A DNA stretch of 64,000 bases, from assembly GCF_054482595.1 (NCBI RefSeq), contig NZ_CM137008.1; one strand, written 5' to 3'. Positions within the stretch are counted from its first letter, which is position 1. Every line of letters starts with the position of its first letter. Below are positions 42,125 through 51,846 of this stretch, piece after piece. Under the pieces are notes generated by a model. It was not told where the DNA came from and did no database searches. It saw only the letters and a program-made list of their open reading frames with translations. Made by a program: the position numbers and the translations under genes.

Positions 42125-43064
42125 ACTGAAGCGCCGGTTCCACATCTACCGCCAGCCAGGTCGGTCCGTCAAGATCGGCGAAACTGACCTGCGGCACCAG
42201 CGGTAAAGCGGCGCTAATGGCACGAGAGGTACACAACATGCAGCCCAGCATCAGACTGAAACCTTGTGCACGCGCTTCAGTCGCCAGCGCCAGCGCTTCC
42301 GTCAGACCACCGGTTTTATCGAGCTTAATGTTAACCATCTCATAGCGCCCTTTCAGCGCCTTCAGATTGCTACGTGTATGACAACTCTCATCAGCACAAA
42401 TCGGCAACGGATGAATAAAATTCTCCAGCGCCGCATCGTCCTGCGCAGGAAGGGGTTGTTCAAGCATCGCAACGCCTAAATCCGCCAATAGCTGGCAACG
42501 CGCCGCCAACCCTTCTGCACGCCAGGATTCATTTGCATCAACGATCAGCGTCGCATCGGGCACAGCTGTGCGAATTGCCACCATCCGCTCACTAATAAGA
42601 TGGTTATCCAGCTTCACTTTCAGTAATTTCGCGCCTGCCTGCCAGAGTGTTGATGCACTATTGGCCATCTGATCAGGCGTACCGATGACTACCGTCTGTG
42701 CAGTGATAACTGTCTCGGGAAGCGTTATGCCGATCAAATCAGCCAGCGATTGCTGCTGTTTTCGCGCGGCCAGATCCCACAATGCACAATCCAGCGCATT
42801 ACGTGCTGCGCCGGCAGGGAGAATTTTTTGCAACTCCTCCCGTGTCAGCCCTTTCTCTAATTGCGACACGACGCTCATAATTTGCGCCATTACCGAGGCA
42901 TCACTTTCTCCATAACGCGGATACGGCGTGCATTCGCCGGTGCCTTTAATACCCTCTTCTTCCAGTTCAACCACCACCACGCGCGCTTCACTGCGACTTC
43001 CCCGGGCAATCACAAACGGGGTATGTAAGGGCCAGGCTTCCTCAAATACCTTAACGGTTCTCAT
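42099..43064 (-). CDS. ycjG: L-Ala-D/L-Glu epimerase (enolase superfamily)
   Basis: ORF track 42099..43106; start at MRTVKVFEEAW gives 321 aa; 3' end overlaps mpaA 3' end (convergent). Confidence 0.9.
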   Translation of the reverse strand: MRTVKVFEEAWPLHTPFVIARGSRSEARVVVVELEEEGIKGTGECTPYPRYGESDASVMAQIMSVVSQLEKGLTREELQKILPAGAARNALDCALWDLAARKQQQSLADLIGITLPETVITAQTVVIGTPDQMANSASTLWQAGAKLLKVKLDNHLISERMVAIRTAVPDATLIVDANESWRAEGLAARCQLLADLGVAMLEQPLPAQDDAALENFIHPLPICADESCHTRSNLKALKGRYEMVNIKLDKTGGLTEALALATEARAQGFSLMLGCMLCTSRAISAALPLVPQVSFADLDGPTWLAVDVEPALQFTTGELHL

Positions 43065-43182
43065 CTTTACTCCTTGTTGTCGCGGTGGTCTGCGGATTAA
43101 GCGCAAATAGCGTTTGCTGTGTTATTGACAGTTAGCATAAACTAGGTGTGACGTTAACTATATGTAAACAGGAAAGATAATC

Positions 43183-43689
43183 ATGTCACAAACCGTTCAT
43201 TTCCAGGGCAACCCGGTTACAGTCGCCAATTCCATCCCGCAGGCGGGTAGCAAAGCGCAGACTTTTACTCTCGTAGCAAAAGATCTGTCTGACGTCACCC
43301 TCGGTCAGTTTGCGGGTAAACGCAAAGTGCTGAACATTTTCCCGAGTATTGATACCGGAGTTTGCGCCGCATCAGTACGTAAGTTTAACCAACTGGCAAC
43401 CGAGATCGACAACACCGTTGTGCTGTGTATCTCTGCCGATCTGCCGTTCGCCCAGTCTCGTTTCTGCGGCGCAGAAGGTCTGAACAACGTTATCACCCTC
43501 TCCACTTTCCGTAACGCTGAATTCCTGCAAGCCTACGGTGTGGCAATTGCTGATGGCCCACTGAAAGGTCTGGCAGCGCGTGCCGTTGTGGTTATTGATG
43601 AAAATGACAATGTGATTTTCAGCCAGCTGGTGGATGAAATCACCACCGAGCCGGATTACGAAGCAGCTCTGGCGGTACTGAAAGCATAA
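43183..43689 (+). CDS. tpx: Thiol peroxidase
   Basis: 168 aa; peroxidatic Cys in DTGVCA. Confidence 0.95.
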   Translation: MSQTVHFQGNPVTVANSIPQAGSKAQTFTLVAKDLSDVTLGQFAGKRKVLNIFPSIDTGVCAASVRKFNQLATEIDNTVVLCISADLPFAQSRFCGAEGLNNVITLSTFRNAEFLQAYGVAIADGPLKGLAARAVVVIDENDNVIFSQLVDEITTEPDYEAALAVLKA

Positions 43690-43693
43690 GTTA

Positions 43694-43726
43694 ATATGCC
43701 TGATGGTGTTGCACCATCAGGCATAT
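43694..43726. terminator. Palindromic hairpin between convergent tpx and tyrR
   Basis: atatgcctgatggtg ttgc accatcaggcatat; no strong U-tract. Confidence 0.45.
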
Positions 43727-43732
43727 TCGCGC

Positions 43733-45274
43733 TTACTCTTCGTTCTTCTTCTGGCTTAAGCCATATTCCCGCAACTTATTGGCAATCGCGGTATGTGAAA
43801 CGCCGAGACGTTTTGCCAGTTTGCGCGTGCTGGGATAATTGCGATAAAGCTGGGTTAATACCGAGCGTTCAAAACGGCTGGTGATTTCATCCAGCGAACC
43901 TTCCATCGCATCTTCGCCCACGGCTACCGTTGCGGCGTCATAATCCGGCAACAAAATATCCTGTGGACGCAGCTCATAACCGTCCAGTTGTGTCAGTGCG
44001 CGATAGATAGCGTTCTTTAACTGCCGCACATTTCCCGGCCACGCATAACGCGTAAGTACAGTATTCAGGTCAGCGGCCAGTTTCGGACGCGGCACGCCCT
44101 GCTCGTCGGCAAAGCGGGCGACGAACAGCTCAGTTAACGGCATGATGTCCTGCGGACAGTCACGTAGCGGCGGCAGATTGAGCGTCAACACGTTCAGACG
44201 ATAATAGAGATCTTCACGGAACACGCCTTTTTGCACCAGTTCGACCAGATTCTTCTGCGTAGCGCAAATCACCCGCACATCGACATGCACCTCATGGTCT
44301 TCGCCAACCCGACGGAAAGTGCCATCATTAAGGAAACGCAGTAATTTCGCCTGCATCCGTGGTGACATCTCACCTATTTCATCCAACAGCACCGAACCAC
44401 CGTTCGCCTGCTCAAAGAATCCTTTCTTCCCTTCCGGAGCATGACCAAACAGTTCACTCTCGACCGCATCTTCCGGTATAGACGCACAGTTCAGCGCCAG
44501 GTAAGGTTTGCCCGCTCTGGGGCTTGCCTGATGGCAGGCGTAGGCAAAGAGATCTTTACCTGTACCTGTGTCACCCGTAATCAGCAGCGGCGCGCTTAGC
44601 ATCGCCAGTTTCTGCGCCTGTTCGACAACATGCTTCATTTTCGGGCTGACGGCGACAATTTGACTGAAGGCGCTGACGTCCTGGGCGGCGACATTTTGCA
44701 ACTGGCGGCCCATACGAATCGTTGATCGCAACATCACCACCGCACCGGTCAGGACGTGTTGATCATTTTCATCCTGAAGATAAACAGGCGTAATCTCCAT
44801 CAGGAAATTCTGCCCATTAATAACGACATGCTCGTTATGGGAATCTTGCGGTTCGCTTTCCAGCCAACGTAAAAAATTAAAGCCGTTAATCAATTGTGCG
44901 GCGGTATGGTTGCGCAGGCGATCCAATTTTTGCGCAAAAAGCTGACAGCTCGCCGGGTTCGCCATATCCACTTTGCTTTTCATATCGACAGAGAGCACAG
45001 GTTCGGGCAACGCCTCCAGTAACGCGCTCAACGCCAGATGCTCACGTTCGGAAGGCATCCACGGGACAGTACGCACATCGGTAACACCTGCAATACGGCG
45101 TATTTCGGCCATCAGACTGCTGAAACTCTCAAACTCCAGTTCAGCAAAATTGAGGTAGATTCGCCCAATGGGATCAATCTCAATACCGCGTAAATCAATG
45201 CCTCTTAGCACGAGTAGATCGAGTAATTCGCGGGTCAGACCGAGTCGGTCTTCACAAAAGACTTCCAGACGCAT
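43733..45274 (-). CDS. tyrR: Aromatic amino acid regulator TyrR
   Basis: ORF track 43733..45301; start at MRLEVFCEDRLGLTRELLD gives 513 aa; central AAA+ domain (GDTGTGKD), C-terminal HTH. Confidence 0.95.
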   Translation of the reverse strand: MRLEVFCEDRLGLTRELLDLLVLRGIDLRGIEIDPIGRIYLNFAELEFESFSSLMAEIRRIAGVTDVRTVPWMPSEREHLALSALLEALPEPVLSVDMKSKVDMANPASCQLFAQKLDRLRNHTAAQLINGFNFLRWLESEPQDSHNEHVVINGQNFLMEITPVYLQDENDQHVLTGAVVMLRSTIRMGRQLQNVAAQDVSAFSQIVAVSPKMKHVVEQAQKLAMLSAPLLITGDTGTGKDLFAYACHQASPRAGKPYLALNCASIPEDAVESELFGHAPEGKKGFFEQANGGSVLLDEIGEMSPRMQAKLLRFLNDGTFRRVGEDHEVHVDVRVICATQKNLVELVQKGVFREDLYYRLNVLTLNLPPLRDCPQDIMPLTELFVARFADEQGVPRPKLAADLNTVLTRYAWPGNVRQLKNAIYRALTQLDGYELRPQDILLPDYDAATVAVGEDAMEGSLDEITSRFERSVLTQLYRNYPSTRKLAKRLGVSHTAIANKLREYGLSQKKNEE

Positions 45275-45344
45275 GGGAACCTTCACCTGAAAAAAGAACA
45301 ATTAATATGATGATATGACACTATTTGGATAGCAGGAAGGTTTC

Positions 45345-45362
45345 TGTCAACAATCATTGACA
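45345..45362. promoter_or_regulatory. TyrR-box-like palindrome upstream of tyrR
   Basis: tgtcaa-caatca-ttgaca fits TGTAAA-N6-TTTACA with two mismatches. Confidence 0.5.
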
Positions 45363-45421
45363 CAAAGACGGAAAAACGGGCACTTCGGCGTAAAGATATC
45401 CGGTCAGCACCCGATATTGCA

Positions 45422-46483
45422 TTATTTTTCGCTGGGCGTTTTGCCTTTTTGCAGCGTTTCTTTCACCTGACCGATAAGCTGACGACGGAAATCCCCGAGG
45501 CGAGGTTTGTCATCGTCAATCCACGGCAGCGGGCGGCAAAGCTCCATAGCTTTAATCCCGAGTCGTGCCGTCAGAAGTCCAGCACCAATTCCCTGAGCTG
45601 CGCGGGTAGACAAACGAGCAGCGAGATCTTGCGACATCCAGTCCATCCCCACTTCGCGCACCAGTTCGCTGGCTCCGGCAAAAGCGATATTCAGCAATAC
45701 CAGCTTAAACAGACGCAAACGGCTGTAATACCCCAGTTCAATGCCATACAGCGTGGCGATGCGATTAATTAAACGCAGATTGCGCCAGGCGATAAACGCC
45801 ATATCGACCAACGCCAGCGGGCTGACCGCAATCATCAACGTTGATTCCGCCGCCGAACGGCTGATTTCGCGCCGCGCCTGGGCATCTAAAACTGGCTGGA
45901 CCAAATGCGCATACAAACTGACCACTTCACGGTCGTTTTGCGTTTCATGGATTGAGGCATACCAGCGTTGCAGCGCTGGATGAGACTGATCAATACCCGC
46001 CTGCTGCGCCAGTTTTTCGCAAAATGCGCGGCCTTTGCCCGTGCCGTGGCTGTGCAACAAATCGCGCGCTTCGTCGCGTTCATGGGCGCGCTGTCGCAAG
46101 CGCCATAAGCGCCGCCACTCTGTTACCACAGAACCTACGCCAGCGCCGATAATCAATGCCCCAGCGGCACATCCACCCAGCGCCACCCAGTCCTGAGTTT
46201 GCCAGGCATTCATTGTCCACTGTACACCCTGCCCGACAACGCTTGCGCCAAACAGAGCCAGCCCGCCCATCACCATTTTGCGCCACAGGCTGCGTTTCGG
46301 ACGTAACGCTGCATCCATTACCGCTTCAACTTGCCCCTCTTCTTCAGGCGCTTCATCGAGCGTGGCCGGGGCAAAATTTTGCGCCTGATTTTCGTCAAAG
46401 GTCTGCTGCGCCCTGAATTTTGGATTCTGATCGACCTCCAGCGGACCGTCGAAATCAATACGTGGTTTTAACGGTTCGGTCAT
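45422..46483 (-). CDS. ycjF: DUF697-family inner membrane protein
   Basis: 353 aa; hydrophobic segments; start overlaps ycjX stop (ATGA). Confidence 0.85.
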   Translation of the reverse strand: MTEPLKPRIDFDGPLEVDQNPKFRAQQTFDENQAQNFAPATLDEAPEEEGQVEAVMDAALRPKRSLWRKMVMGGLALFGASVVGQGVQWTMNAWQTQDWVALGGCAAGALIIGAGVGSVVTEWRRLWRLRQRAHERDEARDLLHSHGTGKGRAFCEKLAQQAGIDQSHPALQRWYASIHETQNDREVVSLYAHLVQPVLDAQARREISRSAAESTLMIAVSPLALVDMAFIAWRNLRLINRIATLYGIELGYYSRLRLFKLVLLNIAFAGASELVREVGMDWMSQDLAARLSTRAAQGIGAGLLTARLGIKAMELCRPLPWIDDDKPRLGDFRRQLIGQVKETLQKGKTPSEK

Positions 46484-47877
46484 CGCAATTTATCTCCTAT
46501 TAAAAATTCAAGCGCGGCATCAAGACGAATATGCGGCAGCGGTTTGTCGACATCCATCACCTGCGGGCGAAACGCTTCAAACTGGAACCCTTGCTTGTCC
46601 CAGAACGCCTGACCGGGCAAACGCGCAGGAACTTCACCGGGATAAACGGTGAGTGGCGCACCATCGCTGAGCCGGTTACCGCGCAATGCCGGAATTTTCT
46701 CGCCGTTGACGTCAATAATGCCGCTGGTGGTCGCCTGCACCGAGGCCAGCCCCAGGCAATCCATACTAATCCCTTCAAACGCCGCATTTTGCCAGGCATC
46801 CTGAATCAGTTGTTGCAGTAATGAAACCATATTGGCGTGCTGATCGATGGTCACATGGTCCGCTTTAGTGGCAGCAAACAATAGCTTATCGATAACCGGC
46901 GAAAACAAACGCCGGAACAAGGTACGCTGCCCGTAGTGGAAACTTTGCATCAGCTGCGTCAGTGCCAGACGCATATCATTAAATGCCTGTGGCCCACTGT
47001 TGAGAGGTTGCAGGCAATCAACCAGCACAATCTGGCGGTCAAAGCGCAGAAAATGATTCTTATAGAACCCCTTCACCACCTTCTCGCAGTAATAATTAAA
47101 CCGCTCGCGCAGCATTCCGGCATTGGTGTGCTTATCGGCCTGCGCCAGTTTGGACTCGCCCCAGGCATCGACATCCGGCCACGGGAAGAATTGCAGCGCG
47201 GGCGCACCTGCCATATCTCCCGGCAAGACAAAGCGCCCAGGCTGAATAAAGTGCAGCCCCTGCTGTTTACAGTGGTGGAGATAATCGGTCCACGCGGCGG
47301 CAATGTCTGCCAGCCGGTTTTCGTCGGCAGGCGCTAGCGGGTCCAGCCCTTCGCACATCATTCGCCATTTGACCGACCATTCGCCGCGCTGACCATTGAG
47401 TAAGCCCGTCATCTGGCGTGACCAGCTTAAATAGTCCTGCGCCAGCATCGGCAGGTCGAGCAACCATTCGCCGGGATAATCCACAATCTCCAGATACAGC
47501 GTGGAGGTGTCCTTGAAGTGGCGTAGCAGCGAATCGTTCGATTTAAAACGTAGCGCCAGGCGGATTTCACTGACGCCGCGCGTTGGCGTCGGCCAGGCGG
47601 GAGGATCGCCATATAACTGCGCCAGTCCTTCATCATATGTGAAGCGCGGAATGCCAAAGTCACGCTGAGGAATGCGTTTTACGCCCAGCAGGCGCTCTTC
47701 ACGCACCGCGCTTAACAGCGGCAAGCGTGCTCCGGCGTGAATATTGAGCAACTGATTGACCATCGCAGTGATAAACGCTGTTTTGCCGCTGCGGCTTAGT
47801 CCGGTTACGGCGAGGCGCAGATGTCTGTCGACACCCCGATTCACCAGCGCATTAAGTTCATTTTTAAGTCGCTTCAT
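46480..47877 (-). CDS. ycjX: DUF463-family P-loop NTPase
   Basis: ORF track 46480..47958; start at [19 protein letters not shown] gives 465 aa; Walker A GLSRSGKT. Confidence 0.85.
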   Translation of the reverse strand: MKRLKNELNALVNRGVDRHLRLAVTGLSRSGKTAFITAMVNQLLNIHAGARLPLLSAVREERLLGVKRIPQRDFGIPRFTYDEGLAQLYGDPPAWPTPTRGVSEIRLALRFKSNDSLLRHFKDTSTLYLEIVDYPGEWLLDLPMLAQDYLSWSRQMTGLLNGQRGEWSVKWRMMCEGLDPLAPADENRLADIAAAWTDYLHHCKQQGLHFIQPGRFVLPGDMAGAPALQFFPWPDVDAWGESKLAQADKHTNAGMLRERFNYYCEKVVKGFYKNHFLRFDRQIVLVDCLQPLNSGPQAFNDMRLALTQLMQSFHYGQRTLFRRLFSPVIDKLLFAATKADHVTIDQHANMVSLLQQLIQDAWQNAAFEGISMDCLGLASVQATTSGIIDVNGEKIPALRGNRLSDGAPLTVYPGEVPARLPGQAFWDKQGFQFEAFRPQVMDVDKPLPHIRLDAALEFLIGDKLR

Positions 47878-48031
47878 TGCTGTCCTGTGCTGCTCTGAAG
47901 ACCAGAAAAAAATCATTCGTAAGGATATGAATGTGGGGGCCAGGCCATTGATTATCAACTGCCCGTGTTGTCATCGACGGGCGAACTCCATAAGATGTGC
48001 AGCATTCACGTTCGGACGGAGTTCCTGACCT

Positions 48032-49030
48032 ATGTCCCCTACTATTTATGATATTGCCAGGGTTGCAGGCGTATCAAAATCCACCGTATCACGCGTGCTG
48101 AATAAGCAAACTAATATCTCCCCGGAAGCGCGCGAAAAAGTGTTACGGGCCATTGAAGAATTACAGTATCAGCCAAACAAGCTGGCCCGCGCGCTGACCT
48201 CTTCGGGTTTTGATGCCATTATGGTGATTTCTACCCGTTCGACCAAAACTACGGCGGGTAATCCGTTTTTCTCTGAAGTTTTGCATGCCATCACCGCCAA
48301 AGCTGAAGAGGAAGGTTTCGACGTGATATTGCAGACGTCGCACAATCCGGCAGAAGACTTACAAAAATGTGAAAGCAAAATTAAGCAGAAAATGATTAAA
48401 GGCATTATTATGCTAAGTTCGCCAGCGGATGAGTCATTTTTTGCCCAACTTGATAAATACGATATTCCTGTCGTGGTGATTGGCAAAGTTGAAGGTCAAT
48501 ATGCCCATGTTTATTCTGTCGATACCGATAATTTTGGCGACAGCATTGCGTTGACCGATGCATTAATTGAAAGTGGGCATCAAAATATTGCCTGCCTGCA
48601 TGCTCCGCTTGATGTCCATGTTTCGGTTGATCGCGTTAATGGCTATAAGCAAAGTCTGTCCGCGCATAATATTGCAGTGCGTGATAAATGGATTGTTGAC
48701 GGCGGTTATACCCATGAAACAGCACTGCAAGCAGCACGGCAATTATTAAGTCAGTCACCGTTGCCTGAGGCAGTGTTTGCCACTGACAGCCTGAAATTAA
48801 TGAGCATTTATCGTGCGGCGGCAGAGAAAAATATTGCTATTCCGCAGCAGTTAGCGGTGGTGGGTTATAGTAATGAAACGCTGTCGTTTATTTTAACGCC
48901 TGCACCAGGCGGCATCGATGTTCCGACGCAGGAGTTAGGTCAACAAAGCTGCGAGTTATTATTCCGCTTAATTTCTGGAAAACCGTCACCACAGAATATT
49001 ACCGTTGCCACGCATATGACGCTGAAATAA
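48032..49030 (+). CDS. ycjW: LacI-family transcriptional regulator
   Basis: 332 aa; N-terminal HTH ([21 protein letters not shown]). Confidence 0.9.
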   Translation: MSPTIYDIARVAGVSKSTVSRVLNKQTNISPEAREKVLRAIEELQYQPNKLARALTSSGFDAIMVISTRSTKTTAGNPFFSEVLHAITAKAEEEGFDVILQTSHNPAEDLQKCESKIKQKMIKGIIMLSSPADESFFAQLDKYDIPVVVIGKVEGQYAHVYSVDTDNFGDSIALTDALIESGHQNIACLHAPLDVHVSVDRVNGYKQSLSAHNIAVRDKWIVDGGYTHETALQAARQLLSQSPLPEAVFATDSLKLMSIYRAAAEKNIAIPQQLAVVGYSNETLSFILTPAPGGIDVPTQELGQQSCELLFRLISGKPSPQNITVATHMTLK

Positions 49031-49044
49031 ATACCAGCTACCTT

Positions 49045-49128
49045 GCCTGAATGCCGGATGCGATGCTAGCGCATCTTATCCGGCCTACATTTATAGATCG
49101 GATAAAGTACTCGCGCCGCATCCGGCAA
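49045..49128. repeat. REP/BIME elements between ycjW and ompG
   Basis: atgccggatgcg...cttatccggcctaca and gcgccgcatccggcaat match REP consensus in opposed orientations. Confidence 0.6.
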
Positions 49129-49140
49129 TTTAGCCCATTA

Positions 49141-50046
49141 TCAGAACGAGTAATTTACGCCGACACCTGCATAATGGAATTTATCGCTGTCGCCTTCGTC
49201 GTGATCCTGCCACTCAAACGCGTATTCCAGCGAAACGGAAAGACCATTCTGGAAATCATAACCGTAAAATAAACCCACACGGTTAAAATCATGGCCTTCA
49301 CGTTCGATATCATCCTGCCAGTCCCAGTTACTCCAGCGATCCAGCCCAATGCGCGTATACGGCGTCACCGAGTGGTTGCCGAGCGTCAGCGGCAAATAGG
49401 CGCGAATTTCTTGCGTAGAAAACTCACCGTTATTGCGGCTGTCGTCCATATTAAAGCCGCGCTCGAGATAATAGTTCACTCGCAAGGCAACCGTTTCGTT
49501 GAAGGTATATTGCAGGCCTGTTTCCGTTTCGACTCGGGTATCAGCGTAACCGGTCGTGTTCAGATCGTTGGCAAATTTATACATCGACAACCAACCGTTG
49601 AAACGTAAATCGTCAGTCAGTTTCACATCCCAGTCTGGCGCGATTTTCCAGCGCTGCATATTCGCCGTGTCTTTACCCGGTTCATCAACGTAGTGATAAC
49701 CATAATTACGGAAACCGCCGGTCAGGCCGAAACTGAAATCATCGTTTTCGAGGAACTGATAATGCACCTCCAGCTCCGGGCGATCAAACCACGTTCCACG
49801 TTTACCCGCGCTATAATCTACCGGCCCTTCCTGATAATAGGCCAGAGCAATTCTCCACGGCCCGTTGGCGGCATTAAAATAGACTGAAGGCTCCGCCAGC
49901 CCATCCATATCTTCGCCATAACCCTCGACGTTTTCTATTTCGTACATCGCGCCGATATTAAAGTGCCAGTCGTTCCTTTCCTCGGCCTGTGCGCAGGCCA
50001 TTCCCGCACACATCACCAGTGCGGTACAGGGTAATAACTTTTTCAT
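49141..50046 (-). CDS. ompG: Outer membrane porin OmpG
   Basis: 301 aa; signal peptide; beta-barrel with C-terminal F. Confidence 0.9.
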   Translation of the reverse strand: MKKLLPCTALVMCAGMACAQAEERNDWHFNIGAMYEIENVEGYGEDMDGLAEPSVYFNAANGPWRIALAYYQEGPVDYSAGKRGTWFDRPELEVHYQFLENDDFSFGLTGGFRNYGYHYVDEPGKDTANMQRWKIAPDWDVKLTDDLRFNGWLSMYKFANDLNTTGYADTRVETETGLQYTFNETVALRVNYYLERGFNMDDSRNNGEFSTQEIRAYLPLTLGNHSVTPYTRIGLDRWSNWDWQDDIEREGHDFNRVGLFYGYDFQNGLSVSLEYAFEWQDHDEGDSDKFHYAGVGVNYSF

Positions 50047-50090
50047 TATTGTTCCTTGTATTATTCTGGGGGAATGCCTTCCCCCTGTAT

Positions 50091-51173
50091 TTAGCGAATT
50101 GCTATTTCCGTTTCTGCATCAAAGAAATGACATTTCGTCATATCAAAATGAATAGTGATATTTTCTCCTGCATGATAATCATTTAACGCACCAGCACGGA
50201 CCACTAACTCGTGCCCCCCAACCGTGGTGTAGAGCATAAATTCCGCACCGGTTAATTCTGCCACGCTAATTTTGGCGGAAATGTTATTTTCCTCTTGCGC
50301 GTCCGGATGAATATCTTCCGGACGTATTCCCATCACGATGGGCTTATGCAAACTTCCCTGTGTTTTCAGAACCGCTAATTTCTCTTCGGGAATGGTTAAT
50401 TTAAGCGTTTCCGTAACGAATTTATCGCCATCGATCGTGCCACGAATAAAATTCATCGCCGGTGATCCAATAAATCCGGCAACAAACATATTCGCTGGTT
50501 GGTTATAAACCGTTTTCGGCGCACCAACTTGCTGAACAATCCCATCCTTCATAATCACAATCCGCGTCGCCATGGTCATCGCTTCGGTCTGATCGTGGGT
50601 CACGTAGATCATGGTGGTATTCAGCTTCTGGTGCAGCTTGCTGATCTCTGCGCGCATTTGCACGCGCAGCTTGGCATCAAGGTTAGAGAGCGGTTCATCC
50701 ATTAAAAACACGCCCGCTTCGCGCACAATCGCCCGCCCGAGCGCCACACGCTGGCGTTGCCCGCCGGAAAGCGCGCCCGGCTTGCGTTTCAGGTACTCAC
50801 GCAGGCCGAGAATTTGCGCCGCCCAGTTCACCCGCTCATCAATCACCTCTTTGGCGATTTTTTGCATCTTCAGGCCAAACGCCATGTTGTCGTAAACCGT
50901 CATATGCGGATACAACGCGTAGTTCTGGAACACCATCGCTATATTGCGTGCTTTGGCTGGAACGTCATTCATTCGTTTGCCGTCGATCAACAGATCGCCG
51001 CCGCTGATCTCCTCAAGCCCGGCAATCATGCGCAGGGTGGTCGACTTACCGCAGCCCGACGGGCCGACAAACACGATGAACTCTTTATCGGCAATTTCCA
51101 GGTTGAAGTCCTTCACCACATGCACCTGGTTATCGTAGATTTTTTGAATATGTTGTAACGAAAGCTGAGCCAT
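50091..51173 (-). CDS. ycjV: ABC transporter ATP-binding protein, intact
   Basis: 360 aa; Walker A GPSGCGKST, signature LSGGQRQR. Confidence 0.9.
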   Translation of the reverse strand: MAQLSLQHIQKIYDNQVHVVKDFNLEIADKEFIVFVGPSGCGKSTTLRMIAGLEEISGGDLLIDGKRMNDVPAKARNIAMVFQNYALYPHMTVYDNMAFGLKMQKIAKEVIDERVNWAAQILGLREYLKRKPGALSGGQRQRVALGRAIVREAGVFLMDEPLSNLDAKLRVQMRAEISKLHQKLNTTMIYVTHDQTEAMTMATRIVIMKDGIVQQVGAPKTVYNQPANMFVAGFIGSPAMNFIRGTIDGDKFVTETLKLTIPEEKLAVLKTQGSLHKPIVMGIRPEDIHPDAQEENNISAKISVAELTGAEFMLYTTVGGHELVVRAGALNDYHAGENITIHFDMTKCHFFDAETEIAIR

Positions 51174-51186
51174 GTTGATTCCTTTG

Positions 51187-51846
51187 CTATACGTTTTGCC
51201 AGAAGGCCGATAACCGCGGCCAGGTGAGTGATTCCGTTGAAGGCAACAGTAATTGCGCCCCGGTTAAGCCCGCGCCGATCCCCACCGAGCGCATACCGCT
51301 GGCGTTAATGGCGTCAATGCCCGCCTGCGCATCTTCAATGCCGATACATGCCTGCGGCGGCACGCCCAGCCCGGCACAGGCAGCGAGAAAGATTTCCGGA
51401 TCCGGTTTCGAGTTTTTAAGCTGGGAAGCATCCGCGCAGAAGGTGAAAAACTCGCGCAGCTCCAGCGCCGCTAAAATCGTCGGCGCATTCAGGGAGACGG
51501 AAGCCAGCCCTACCGGAATCTGCTGTGCACGGAGCTCTGCCAGCAAATTGCGAATACCGGGCAGCACAGCATTAACCGTCAGCTCGCGCAGTGAGTGGAC
51601 GTAAAGCAGATTTTTGCGATACGCCAGTTGCGCCCGCTCCTGCGGGTTAAAGTCGCCCTCTTTGCCCCCGTGTTGCAGAATGCGCCGCAGAGACTCATCG
51701 CGGCTGATCCCTTTTAGGGATTCGTTAAACTGCGCATCAATGCTGATGCCAATTTCAGCGGCAATCTGCTGCCACGCCAGGAAATGCAGATGCGCGGTAT
51801 CGGTGATTACACCATCCAGATCGAAAATTACCCCTTGCAGTTTCAT
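51187..51846 (-). CDS. ycjU: Beta-phosphoglucomutase (HAD family)
   Basis: 219 aa; HAD motif I in [10 protein letters not shown]. Confidence 0.9.
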   Translation of the reverse strand: MKLQGVIFDLDGVITDTAHLHFLAWQQIAAEIGISIDAQFNESLKGISRDESLRRILQHGGKEGDFNPQERAQLAYRKNLLYVHSLRELTVNAVLPGIRNLLAELRAQQIPVGLASVSLNAPTILAALELREFFTFCADASQLKNSKPDPEIFLAACAGLGVPPQACIGIEDAQAGIDAINASGMRSVGIGAGLTGAQLLLPSTESLTWPRLSAFWQNV

